A stretch of 64,000 bases of DNA from a virus. Its lineage: Duplodnaviria > Caudoviricetes. Where the stretch lies: positions 1 to 64,000 of the IMG/VR virus record IMGVR_UViG_3300032221_000294, one strand, 5' to 3'. Of the stretch, positions 1-8,883 are shown one piece after another. Numbering within the stretch: the stretch's first letter is position 1; each line of letters starts with the position of its first letter. The notes under the pieces were generated by a model that did not search any database, was not told the origin of the DNA, and saw only the letters and a list, made by a program, of their open reading frames with translations. The translations under genes and the position numbers were made by a program.

Positions 1-2325
1 GTAAGAGGTCTTAACCGAGTTCGGTGAAGCAGCAGTTGTTGTTGAAGTCGAGGAGACTGAATCGGTAATTTGCAGAATACCTGCGACCGAAGTTGTGCCA
101 CCCCGAACATCTGCCGAAACAGTGCCCGTTACGCGACCGTATGCATCAATCGTTTGCGATTGAACGAAGTTGATTCCAGCAGTTCCAGACGTGTTAGTCT
201 GAGAGACTGTGGCCAGGTCAACTTGGTCTGAACCGTTGATGACGGTGCGACCCGAAGCAACGTTAACGTCAAGAGTGTTGCCAGTCTTGGTAAGACCGTT
301 TCCAGCGGTGATTTGACCAGCGCCGGAGAACTGGGAGAAGAGAATTGCGTCGCCAGTGAAGGTTGTGAAACCCGCACCCGAAATACCCATCCGAATGGGT
401 GCGGGCTGAGTTTGTACGAAACCATTTCCTCCGTTGATTGTTCCGTAGGTGACATAGATGAAGTCACCAGGTGCGATTTCTCCAGTGGGGGAGTTATCAA
501 AGTCTGTAGCTCGGGTCCAGACACCGTTGGCACCCGTTCCAATGGTCGTTACGGTGTAAACACCGTTGTAAGCGGTAGTTGTGTGGTCTTTAACGAGGAT
601 CCTTTGACCCAAAATCAGAGTTGAACCACTGTCTACAGTATTTGGTGTGCCTCCTAAAGTGGCACCGATACCAGGATCACCATTTACGACAATGCTGAGT
701 CCGGTGCCGTTAGTTAGAACAGCGTTTGGACCGCCGTACGTAGCCGAAACCTTGGCCTGGTTGTTGGCTGGAATCGTAGTGACGTAGTATGTAGTGTTAG
801 CTGTTAGACCTGTGCCTGTTGTTGTATTGCCGGTGCGAATTTGATCGTTTACCTGTAGAGCAGTGGCGGCACTGAACGTGATTGTGTCTGTTCCAGTGAT
901 AGTAGTGATTGTAAGTGCCGTACCTCCCGAAGTGTAAGCGTACGAAACAGCTCCAGTAGTAGCGTAATCTGCCGCAGCGTGAACGTTTAGGCTTTGCGCA
1001 ATGGCGTCAGCGTATTGCTTGGTAACGGCATCGAAGTCAGAAACTGGTGTGCCAACCAGTGTGATTCGCGCACCGTTGACATCAACCACACCTGTTCCAT
1101 TTGGAACGAGGTTGACGTTGGTGTTTGTTCCACCCGCCGTAAACGTTAGGGCGCCAGTGCCGGTAATTGAGCCGGTTGTAGTTCCAGTTCCACCGCGAGC
1201 TACAGCAATCGTACCAGCGTTCCACGTACCTGAAGTAATCGTGCCAACGGTAGCGAGACTGGAAAGTGCTGTTACACCCGTGTCAACCAGAGTGCCGGAA
1301 GTAGGCAGCGTAACGTTTGTGTTCCCTGTAACTGTGAGCGTAGTTGTGAACGCACCTGACGTCGTCAGGTTTCCACCCAGCGTAATCGTTCTTGCGCCAT
1401 TGTTGACGCCGGTTCCACCGTAGGTCGGGTTGATAACCGAACCGTTCCAGGTGCCGGAGGTAATGGTTCCAACGGTTGCCAGGCTGGACAGGGATGTAAC
1501 AGCGGTGTTAACCAGCGTACCGGTGGTAGGCAGAGTTACGTTGGTCGCACCAGTTGTTGTAAGAGTTAAGGCGTTTGCGCCCGACGTAGTGAAATTTCCA
1601 GCGATGTCAATGTTGCCGCCCAGACTCAGAGTTCTGCTGGCGTTTTCGACATCTATGGTCAGAGCGCGAGCTCCAGTCAAAGCAACGGAAGAAGTTGCAC
1701 CGATTGAAACGTCGAACGCTGCGCTGGTGTCGCGAAGCGCCAGAGTGCCAAGACCGGTAATGGTTTGCAAACCAGCGATCGTAGTTGCTGTACCGCCAAG
1801 CGAAACTGATGTCGAACCCAGAGTTACTGCGCTGTTAACAAGTTTGCTGTTGGGAATCGAGTTGTTTGCAATCGACAGGGAAACCGTTACGTTGCTTCCA
1901 GAGGGTTGCGTTGCGGTTGAGGACAGAATCGTCCCGTCGCCCGTGACCGAAAAGGTGCTTCCTGTTGCAAACGTGAAGCTTCCGGTGTTACCCGTTACGG
2001 TAAACGTGGAAGAAACGGCGCCAACGGCAGACCGAACATACGCAGTCGAAGCAGCATTTGTACTGTTATCCGACTGAAGTTGAGTCGGTACAGTAATAGT
2101 TGCGCCGGTAAAGTTCTTTGTTCCGGTAATTGTCGCGTTGGCACTCAGCGAGATGAAAGCACCAGCACCACCGATTGCAATGATTGAGGTCGCGTTACCC
2201 CCTGAGTTACCTGAACCGTAGTACAGGATAGCGTCATTTTCGTTAAACGCTAATTCGGCGTTAGCGAGGGACGAGGGGGCACCCGAAGAGCCTGCTCGCC
2301 GTTTAATTCTAATAGTGTTGGCCAT
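1..2325 (-). CDS. Long tail fibre protein (partial, runs off left edge)
   Basis: ATG at 2325 overlaps the upstream stop (TAATG). Reads MANTIRIKRRAGSSGAPSSLANAELAFN..., is T/G/S-rich and has a duplicated LSSLATVGTITSGTWN unit. It is absent from the ORF track, consistent with no stop before the edge. Confidence 0.8.
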   Translation of the reverse strand, partial: MANTIRIKRRAGSSGAPSSLANAELAFNENDAILYYGSGNSGGNATSIIAIGGAGAFISLSANATITGTKNFTGATITVPTQLQSDNSTNAASTAYVRSAVGAVSSTFTVTGNTGSFTFATGSTFSVTGDGTILSSTATQPSGSNVTVSLSIANNSIPNSKLVNSAVTLGSTSVSLGGTATTIAGLQTITGLGTLALRDTSAAFDVSIGATSSVALTGARALTIDVENASRTLSLGGNIDIAGNFTTSGANALTLTTTGATNVTLPTTGTLVNTAVTSLSSLATVGTITSGTWNGSVINPTYGGTGVNNGARTITLGGNLTTSGAFTTTLTVTGNTNVTLPTSGTLVDTGVTALSSLATVGTITSGTWNAGTIAVARGGTGTTTGSITGTGALTFTAGGTNTNVNLVPNGTGVVDVNGARITLVGTPVSDFDAVTKQYADAIAQSLNVHAAADYATTGAVSYAYTSGGTALTITTITGTDTITFSAATALQVNDQIRTGNTTTGTGLTANTTYYVTTIPANNQAKVSATYGGPNAVLTNGTGLSIVVNGDPGIGATLGGTPNTVDSGSTLILGQRILVKDHTTTAYNGVYTVTTIGTGANGVWTRATDFDNSPTGEIAPGDFIYVTYGTINGGNGFVQTQPAPIRMGISGAGFTTFTGDAILFSQFSGAGQITAGNGLTKTGNTLDVNVASGRTVINGSDQVDLATVSQTNTSGTAGINFVQSQTIDAYGRVTGTVSADVRGGTTSVAGILQITDSVSSTSTTTAASPNSVKTSY

Positions 2326-3611
2326 TAATAGGTTCCCCCATTGGTTATGTCAAGAATGGTGGTGTCGGTTTCCCAGAATGTTGTTGTCTGATTGTACACG
2401 AGAGTACTAAGGTTTGTTAAACCGGTGGTGTCTACATCCGGGAGTTCGTTGATTGGAACGCCACCTCCTCCTGCCGCGATGTAGTCTTGAACCCACTGTA
2501 TTGTAACAAAAGCTAGGGGGTCGTCAGGGATTAAATACCCCGCTAAGATCGGACCTTCGAAAGTCCCCCCTTGTGTTGTAACCATCTCCTGGGGGTATGG
2601 AACAACGGAAATCCATTGACCTCCGTCGGTATCCACATACCACATATTTAGATTACTACTTTCGGCGTCATACCAAAAATCCCCAGGAGAAGGATTCGAA
2701 GGTGGCGACGAACTTATGGTGGTCCTGGTGCAATTCCCGGGATCTGTGATCACCTCTGTCAAGGCAATCCATTCGCCCGAGACGCCACCGTTGTCTCGGA
2801 GGTAGAGAACGTTTTGAATCGTATCGTACCAAAGAGCCCCGTTTACAGGGTTGATTGGTTCAGTAGCGCTAATGAGAACCGGTGGGGGAGCCCTACCGGG
2901 TTCAGGGGTAATCGCAATCCACACACCTCCCTGCGGGCCTAAAGTCCAAACCTTGAGTAGATCGCTTACAGTGTCATACCACAGGTAGCCAACTAAAGGG
3001 TTGACAGGGGGGGTGGCACTTACGAGAACGGGGCTTTCTTCTTCGGGAATTCCTTGGGAGATAAGAATCCAGCTAGAGGTGCCAAACGGGGCTTCTTTCC
3101 AAACTTTTAATTCGTTGGTATTATCATTGAACCACAACGCCCCCTGCTGGGGGTCGGTAGGAGGTGAAACGCTGACTGTGACTACGTCGCAACAAGACGT
3201 TGAGGAAGAAGCAGCGTTTTCCCAGACGCCGCTGCCGGGGGTGTTAACTCTAACTTTGAGAACTCCTTCAAGGGTATTAAACCAAAGGAACCCCGGCTCC
3301 GCATTCAACGGCGCGGAAGAGCTGATGAGGACTGGTGGCTCTGGCTGAGGAATTGAGGAAGTGATGTCAATCCAACGGGGTTCTGTTTCCCCATTCAGAA
3401 AACCCCATATCTTCAAGATTTCGTTAAGTGTATCGTACCACAATGCCCCCTGCAAAGGGTTCTTGGGCGCTGCGGCACTAAAGTATACAGGAGCCGAAGA
3501 AGATGTTGGAACGTTTACGGCAAGCCACTGCACTCCCGTCCATTTCCAAGATCTTCCATTAAACGTGTATACCTGGCCGAGAGTGGGATTTGATGGAAAA
3601 TTGTATGCCAT
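2325..3611 (-). CDS. Virion structural/fibre protein with six ~50-aa repeats
   Basis: N-terminus NFPSNPTLGQVY..W.W.G..W, followed by six repeats of S...P.NP..G.LW(Y/F)D. Confidence 0.75.
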   Translation of the reverse strand: MAYNFPSNPTLGQVYTFNGRSWKWTGVQWLAVNVPTSSSAPVYFSAAAPKNPLQGALWYDTLNEILKIWGFLNGETEPRWIDITSSIPQPEPPVLISSSAPLNAEPGFLWFNTLEGVLKVRVNTPGSGVWENAASSSTSCCDVVTVSVSPPTDPQQGALWFNDNTNELKVWKEAPFGTSSWILISQGIPEEESPVLVSATPPVNPLVGYLWYDTVSDLLKVWTLGPQGGVWIAITPEPGRAPPPVLISATEPINPVNGALWYDTIQNVLYLRDNGGVSGEWIALTEVITDPGNCTRTTISSSPPSNPSPGDFWYDAESSNLNMWYVDTDGGQWISVVPYPQEMVTTQGGTFEGPILAGYLIPDDPLAFVTIQWVQDYIAAGGGGVPINELPDVDTTGLTNLSTLVYNQTTTFWETDTTILDITNGGTY

Positions 3612-3641
3612 TAACCAGTGGGCTCAGCACTCTTTTCAAGG

Positions 3642-3649
3642 TTTTACCC
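3642..3649 (-). promoter_or_regulatory. GGGTAAAA putative late promoter
   Basis: 30 nt upstream of ATG 3611; one of about 20 copies. Confidence 0.7.
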
Positions 3650-3670
3650 CACTTCAAACGGTTTGACATA

Positions 3671-3695
3671 CAAGAAAGGGGAGGTTTCCCTCCCC
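3671..3695 (-). terminator. Intrinsic terminator
   Basis: GGGGAGG-GAAA-CCTCCCC followed by TTTCTTG on the minus strand. Confidence 0.75.
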
Positions 3696-3795
3696 GTGTT
3701 AAAAACTACCTTTTACAGCGACTCACAGTCGTCAAAGTAGTATAAGAAGAAGCGGTATTACCAACATGGCAACCCCGATGAAAAAGCCTCCGATT

Positions 3796-3975
3796 TCAAG
3801 AATCAGAGGCGTTAGACTGTGCTCGGACATTAGCGCGGAGAGAGAGTTCCCGACGGTTGGTATTGCGACTAGCAGTGGCAAGAACAATGAAGACGGAGGT
3901 GATGCCAACGATGCCAACGACAGCGAGGGCGAGGTCGGACGAGGTGAACGAGGTCCAGGTGGAGACGGAAGGCAT
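3796..3975 (-). CDS. Small single-TM protein (59 aa, below ORF-track cutoff)
   Basis: MPSVSTWTSFTSSDLALAVVGIVGITSVFIVLATASRNTNRR...; TATAAT at 4000-4005 upstream. Confidence 0.5.
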   Translation of the reverse strand: MPSVSTWTSFTSSDLALAVVGIVGITSVFIVLATASRNTNRRELSLRANVRAQSNASDS

Positions 3976-4014
3976 GGTGTGGTTTGATTGACTGTATTTA
4001 TTATAGCGCCTTTC

Positions 4015-4650
4015 TCACGAAAGGCAAAGGGGGGTTAACCGGTCGAGGAGGTACGGTAAACCGTCCGGGTGGATGAGTTCGGTGGTTGTGGGTGAGGAAT
4101 AGCGGTGACCGTTTGCTTTGGCCCACTTTAGCAACTCCTGCTCAAGGTCGAAGCATTCGCCGAGGGTGGCTTTGTGGAGATGGATGATGGAGATTAACTT
4201 GGGGCCGAACCGTTGTTGAAGTGTTTTCTTTGTGATTCCAATCTTAAAGTGTGTGCCGGATTCGTCCAGGTAGCGAATCAAGTACAACACCCCCGGTATA
4301 TTGCGTTCCTCGGGCGTGTACCTCCAGGCACCTCTTTCTAGCCTTTGCTGGCGGATCAACTCGCACACTTCCGGCGTGTGCTGTTTACCCTTGAACGGGT
4401 TATTCTCTCTCATTAATCGAGAGTGCTCAGGGCGAGGTGTAGATTTACGTTGACTATCGCACTTTTTGCACGAGTTCTTAGCTGCTCTGTACGAGTGTAT
4501 TTTCTGCTCGTACTCGTTGCCGCAGTGACAGCGAACTCTTATAAGGGGGTGCTTGAGTTCTAACAAGGTGTGATTCCTGCTGGCACACTCTTCCCCCATT
4601 CGCTCTTCGGTTAAGCGATTGTGAGCAGGTTTACCAACGGGGTATGCCAT
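4015..4650 (-). CDS. Free-standing GIY-YIG-like homing endonuclease with Zn-finger and NUMOD3-like motif
   Basis: CHC..CKKC, NPFKGKQHTPEVCELIR, LYLIRY...FKIGIT...RF...LEQEL. Confidence 0.7.
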   Translation of the reverse strand: MAYPVGKPAHNRLTEERMGEECASRNHTLLELKHPLIRVRCHCGNEYEQKIHSYRAAKNSCKKCDSQRKSTPRPEHSRLMRENNPFKGKQHTPEVCELIRQQRLERGAWRYTPEERNIPGVLYLIRYLDESGTHFKIGITKKTLQQRFGPKLISIIHLHKATLGECFDLEQELLKWAKANGHRYSSPTTTELIHPDGLPYLLDRLTPLCLS

Positions 4651-4651
4651 A

Positions 4652-4687
4652 CAAAAAGACCTCCACGGTTATTATACCGCAGAGGTC
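4652..4687 (-). terminator. psbA terminator hairpin containing a TATAAT -10 element
   Basis: GACCTC-TG-CGGT-ATAATA-ACCG-TG-GAGGTC then TTTTT. GTTTAC at 4693-4698 lies 16 nt upstream of TATAAT at 4671-4676. Confidence 0.7.
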
Positions 4688-4704
4688 ATAAAGTAAACTG
4701 TAAC

Positions 4705-5784
4705 TTAACCGATTGCAGGAGCAGTCAGGGCCACAGGGGTTGAAGTGGCAGAAGCCAGGTCTAGAGGGAAGTTGTGGGCATTCCTCTCGTGCATGACTTC
4801 TATTCCGAGGTTGGCACCGTTCAAGATGTCGGCCCAGGTCTTGATAACGTGGCCTTGATTGTCTAGAATTGACTGATTAAAATTCCAGCCGTTAAGATTA
4901 AACGCCATCGTGCTTACGCCCATTGCGGCGAACCAGATTCCTACCACCGGCCAAGCAGCCAGGAAGAAGTGGAGTGAACGCGAGTTATTGAAGCTAGCGT
5001 ACTGGAAAATCAATCGCCCGAAATACCCATGAGCTGCAACAATATTGTATGTCTCTTCTTCTTGACCAAACTTATAACCGTAGTTTTGTGACTCGGTTTC
5101 GGTAGTCTCGCGAACCAGCGAACTGGTTACGAGCGAGCCGTGCATCGCAGAGAAGAGTGAACCACCGAAGACACCAGCCACTGCGATTTGGTGGAATGGG
5201 TGCATCAGAATGTTGTGCTCAGCTTGGAAAACCAACATATAGTTGAACGTTCCTGAAATCCCCAGAGGCATCGCATCGGAGAAAGAACCTTGACCGAAAG
5301 GGTAGACCAAGAATACGGCACTCGCAGCAGCAACAGGTGCGCTGTAAGCAACACAGATCCAGGGGCGCATTCCCAAGCGGTAGGAAAGTTCCCACTCACG
5401 TCCCATATAGGCGTAGATACCGATCAGGAAGTGAAAGACAACGAGTTGAAAGGGGCCTCCGTTGTATAGCCATTCGTCTAGGCTTGCGGCTTCCCAAATA
5501 GGATAGAAATGCAGGCCAATAGCATTAGAGCTGGGAACAACTGCACCAGAGATAATGTTGTTACCGTAAAGGAGTGATCCGGCAACAGGCTCGCGAATTC
5601 CATCGATGTCAACGGGAGGGGCGGCAATAAAGGCAACAATAAAGCAGATTGTTGCGGCAAGCAACGTTGGAATCATGAGGGTACCAAACCAGCCGACATA
5701 AAGGCGGTTGTTGGTGGAGGTTACCCACTCGCAGAAGTCATTCCAGACGTTGTTACTGGAACGGGTTAAAACAGATGAAGACAT
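4705..5784 (-). CDS. psbA: Photosystem II D1 protein
   Basis: [54 protein letters not shown]. Has E130 (MGREW) and no intron. Confidence 0.99.
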   Translation of the reverse strand: MSSSVLTRSSNNVWNDFCEWVTSTNNRLYVGWFGTLMIPTLLAATICFIVAFIAAPPVDIDGIREPVAGSLLYGNNIISGAVVPSSNAIGLHFYPIWEAASLDEWLYNGGPFQLVVFHFLIGIYAYMGREWELSYRLGMRPWICVAYSAPVAAASAVFLVYPFGQGSFSDAMPLGISGTFNYMLVFQAEHNILMHPFHQIAVAGVFGGSLFSAMHGSLVTSSLVRETTETESQNYGYKFGQEEETYNIVAAHGYFGRLIFQYASFNNSRSLHFFLAAWPVVGIWFAAMGVSTMAFNLNGWNFNQSILDNQGHVIKTWADILNGANLGIEVMHERNAHNFPLDLASATSTPVALTAPAIG

Positions 5785-5856
5785 TAGTCATAGTAAGTAT
5801 GTGTGTGGGATAACTCAGCGGCTGGGAATCCCCGTGGAAACGCCGCTTACACATGT

Positions 5857-5884
5857 ATTTTACCCGAGAGTTACAAAAGTAAAC
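5857..5884 (-). promoter_or_regulatory. Composite psbA promoter (GTTTAC-N16-TAAAAT overlapping GGGTAAAA)
   Basis: GTTTAC 5879-5884, TAAAAT 5857-5862, GGGTAAAA 5858-5865. Confidence 0.6.
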
Positions 5885-6395
5885 TTTCAGGGTCCAGTAA
5901 ACTTTCTTCGACTAGCTGTTTTATCATCGACTCGTACTTTTCACCATCTAAGTTTGCATCGCAACTCCATAAGTTTTTTAAGTGAAACCGTAAACGCAGC
6001 GTTGCCTGTTTCTCGAGTTTTTTCTGAGCTTGTTTTTCACGTTTATTTCTTTTACTCTCCCTATTCTTTTTTCTTTGTTCTCGTAGTTCTGCCTGATCCT
6101 CTTTCGACAAACCCGCTATTTCTTTAGCTCTTTTACGCCTAACAATGGCACTCAGTTTCCCCCCTTCAGAAGCGAGTTTAGGGAAACTTGCACCCTTGTG
6201 CCACCCCCCCTGGTGCATATCCGGAGAGCACACGTAGAGGTGCTCAGGTATGTTACGGCCCCCTAACGCTTTAGGTGGTTCGTGATGCACATGTTTACCT
6301 GACATCTGCTCATCGCTCAATCCCCAGTTTATTTGAGCAATTTTGCGATAATCTGTATTTTCTTTTGACAATACTATGGATACTTCCTTATCCAT
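5871..6395 (-). CDS. HNH endonuclease
   Basis: HVHH..P...GG.N...HL.VCS...H; paralog of 16543..17313. Confidence 0.7.
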   Translation of the reverse strand: MDKEVSIVLSKENTDYRKIAQINWGLSDEQMSGKHVHHEPPKALGGRNIPEHLYVCSPDMHQGGWHKGASFPKLASEGGKLSAIVRRKRAKEIAGLSKEDQAELREQRKKNRESKRNKREKQAQKKLEKQATLRLRFHLKNLWSCDANLDGEKYESMIKQLVEESLLDPESLLL

Positions 6396-6419
6396 TATGT
6401 TGGCTTAACTGCAAACATT

Positions 6420-6689
6420 TTAGTTATTCTCAGGTTTCGTAAACTTAAGGTCTACTTTACCGGTTTCGTTGATAAAATTTACCTTCCCTTCGGTGAAATG
6501 GATCCACTTCTTTAACTCTAGCGTGTATGTTCGTAGAACTTCCGCCTGCGCTAAGTGCCAAGGGTCGTATGTTTTCAGATATAGACGCATGTGCTCATCG
6601 ACTGCCTTCAGGCAGTGCTTAATTACCGGGTTCCAGGGTTCGCGAACTGGTGTATTCCAGGTGCGTCTTTCTTCACTAGTCCTTTCCAT
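6420..6689 (-). CDS. Cyanophage hypothetical protein
   Basis: WNTPVREPWNPVI..CL..D.H pattern typical of small cyanophage proteins. Confidence 0.65.
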   Translation of the reverse strand: MERTSEERRTWNTPVREPWNPVIKHCLKAVDEHMRLYLKTYDPWHLAQAEVLRTYTLELKKWIHFTEGKVNFINETGKVDLKFTKPENN

Positions 6690-6714
6690 CGGCCTCGTCC
6701 AAATATTTGGCTAT

Positions 6715-6867
6715 TTAGTGGGCCATCAATGCGTACACTTCCTCAGTCGTCAGTCCGCCAGACTGAAGAACCGCCTGCAGGATTTCCTCCGCTCTCTCCT
6801 CTGCTTCGTCAGTTCCTTTTCGGACGAGTTCTTTCCGTTGAATCATCCTCTTTAAGTTTTCGCTCAT
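6715..6867 (-). CDS. 50-aa helical protein coupled to kinase (candidate immunity)
   Basis: ATGA overlap with the kinase stop; MSENLKRMIQRKELVRKGTDEAEERAEEILQAVLQSGGLTTEEVYALMAH. Confidence 0.65.
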   Translation of the reverse strand: MSENLKRMIQRKELVRKGTDEAEERAEEILQAVLQSGGLTTEEVYALMAH

Positions 6868-7688
6868 TGTAATCTACCAAGTTCTTGAATGTAATCTTCC
6901 CCCAGACGGGCTCTTTTGTTTTTCGCTGCTTGACTGGTTCCTTGAATTTCCCCGTATTTGTCAAGGTAGCGATTCACCAAACCAACGTAGGGATCATTCG
7001 CAAGTTCAGGGTTTTTCCAGTTAACCAGGCCTCCGATCTTGGCCAGATCTTGCATGACTCGAGCTGGCTGCCGAGAGGTAGGAACACTCAGACCGTAATC
7101 TACGAGCTGAACATTGTTGCCACTCACAATGAACTGGAGGGCGTGAAGATCACCGTGAGCGTAACCCAACTTGTGCAGGTCACGAATCGCCGCCGCCGCT
7201 TTCTTCGCCTGGGAAGCATTCATGACAGGCTCACCTTCCCCTCGAGAGTAACCTGCCCACAGAGTTTTTCCTTTGGCCGTTGCCATCTCGATGTGCTCGG
7301 CGGAACTAGAATAGATCTTCGGACTATGCCCTAGCTGACCCATTCGGGTGGCTAATTCCAGCTCAAACTCCCCAAATTCCCCCTTCTTCCCATCTTTTCC
7401 AACCAGCAATTCTTTAACAACACGCTTGCCGTCTGGACTGATTGAAATTTTTCCGTAGTTACCTTGATTGATTGGTTTCCACTTGTCGTATCCTACTTTA
7501 GTCGAGGAATTTTCGAATGTTCGACGATTTCTATCATACGCCTTCGACATTCTGTCCAGGAGCTCCGCCGTCTTGCTAAGCTGCCCCGAAGACAAAAAAG
7601 CGACCCGACAAGACCGCTGAGAGGCGATACAAGTCGAGCCGCAACTTTTTCCGCGAACGCAACGTTTTTTACTCCCGGCTTTGCGCAT
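6864..7688 (-). CDS. Ser/Thr-type protein kinase with N-terminal 4-Cys tag
   Basis: QGNYGKI, VVKE, HGDLH, VDYG; tag CVRGKSCGSTCIASQRSC. Start placed at ATG 7688, downstream of GGGTAAAA 7710-7717. Confidence 0.8.
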   Translation of the reverse strand: MRKAGSKKRCVRGKSCGSTCIASQRSCRVAFLSSGQLSKTAELLDRMSKAYDRNRRTFENSSTKVGYDKWKPINQGNYGKISISPDGKRVVKELLVGKDGKKGEFGEFELELATRMGQLGHSPKIYSSSAEHIEMATAKGKTLWAGYSRGEGEPVMNASQAKKAAAAIRDLHKLGYAHGDLHALQFIVSGNNVQLVDYGLSVPTSRQPARVMQDLAKIGGLVNWKNPELANDPYVGLVNRYLDKYGEIQGTSQAAKNKRARLGEDYIQELGRLQ

Positions 7689-7711
7689 CAGGTTTGTACA
7701 TCTGAGTGGTT

Positions 7712-8443
7712 TTACCCGTAGCTCGCAATAATACCCCAACCTGTTCCGTCGCCCTCTACCGTCCACCGCGACTTGAGAAGGTCGCGACTGTACTTTACGC
7801 GATTGCCATTTGTTGAAAGGTAGGTGCCGGTGGCATTGTTAATCTCCCCCCATGGATCGTTCACCACATACCAAGAACCACCAGGCGCTTTCGTGTCAAC
7901 TTCCTTACCGATTACAATGATCCAATGCCCTCCACCAGAAGGTGCGGTGCTTGGTCCTTTGTGCAGTATACCAACAGGAACTGGAATTCCACGGGCTAGC
8001 AGAGAGTCTAACGTTGAAAAAGTGAGGCTAGTGGAAAATCGTGAACTGACACCAAAGTGCTTTAGTGTTTGAACTTGAACAGCAGCATCCGTGGTGTCGC
8101 CACGCTTGAATACTTCCCTGATGTAATCATCGTCGCTTTTTATCGAGGTGGGTTTTAGAAACTTGCACAGCATCGCGCATGACGAGCTGAAGCATGTGCG
8201 TGAAGCGTCCCGGTAGTTGTCCCGTTGTGAGTAGTAGGGAACGTTGAGAACGGATGGTACGCCAGGGGCGTTTGTGTAAGGGGCTCGGTGAATTCGCACC
8301 CAATTAGCTTCGTCGGTTAATAACTCAGGCTTGATTGCTAGAATTTCTTTATACAAGTCAGCATAAGCGGCCCGGTGCTTAGGGTTAGCTGGGTCAGCGA
8401 ATTGGGCAAAGTCAAAGAACTTTTTGGAGTCGAAAGTCGCCAT
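7712..8443 (-). CDS. C39-like cysteine peptidase, probable endolysin
   Basis: LNVPYYSQRDN...CFSSSCAM, GGGHWIIVIG, VVNDPWG. Confidence 0.8.
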   Translation of the reverse strand: MATFDSKKFFDFAQFADPANPKHRAAYADLYKEILAIKPELLTDEANWVRIHRAPYTNAPGVPSVLNVPYYSQRDNYRDASRTCFSSSCAMLCKFLKPTSIKSDDDYIREVFKRGDTTDAAVQVQTLKHFGVSSRFSTSLTFSTLDSLLARGIPVPVGILHKGPSTAPSGGGHWIIVIGKEVDTKAPGGSWYVVNDPWGEINNATGTYLSTNGNRVKYSRDLLKSRWTVEGDGTGWGIIASYG

Positions 8444-8446
8444 GAT

Positions 8447-8662
8447 TCACTTTTTGAAGAATGGTAGTTTGTTAATGATTTTCACGAGCGGTTTCAGAGT
8501 CGTAAGAAGAGCTTCAACACGACCAAGCGTGAGCAGAAGGAGGTCTAACTTCTTTTCGATTGAGTCAATCCGTTTCGTAATAGGCTCGAGACCCTGATCT
8601 AGTTCTTTTGCCAGAAAAGCACCAGGATCAGTCGTTGAATTGACGAATTTTTTAAGATCCAT
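8447..8662 (-). CDS. Small coiled-coil protein upstream of lysin
   Basis: Leucine heptads; GGGTAAA at 8703-8709 upstream. Confidence 0.6.
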   Translation of the reverse strand: MDLKKFVNSTTDPGAFLAKELDQGLEPITKRIDSIEKKLDLLLLTLGRVEALLTTLKPLVKIINKLPFFKK

Positions 8663-8703
8663 TTCTATCTGAGTATGCTTAGGATGGTTTTGTCTAGATA
8701 ACT

Positions 8704-8883
8704 TTACCCCTTCGACTGGTAAACTCGGCCCATAAGCTCCTCACCAAATACCCGAAGATCCTGGTTTTTCTCCATGTTGCCAGCCATGATTGCCATGCGG
8801 CCAACTTCCCCAGGACCATCGGTTTTCATTGCTTCCTGAACGAATGGGTCGGCGAGGAAGTCTTTGATCGTCTGTTTGTTCAT
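8704..8883 (-). CDS. 59-aa protein coupled to tagged protein (candidate immunity)
   Basis: ATGA overlap; MNKQTIKDFLADPFVQEAMKTDGPGEVGRMAIMAGNMEKNQDLRVFGEELMGRVYQSKG. Confidence 0.6.
   Translation of the reverse strand: MNKQTIKDFLADPFVQEAMKTDGPGEVGRMAIMAGNMEKNQDLRVFGEELMGRVYQSKG

Noticed and set aside
129-2077. ORFs 129..542, 313..624, 1001..1423 and 1430..2077
   Set aside because: Antisense or off-frame shadows of the tail fibre gene that starts at 2325.
4705-5784. Group I intron in psbA
   Set aside because: The ORF is continuous and full length.
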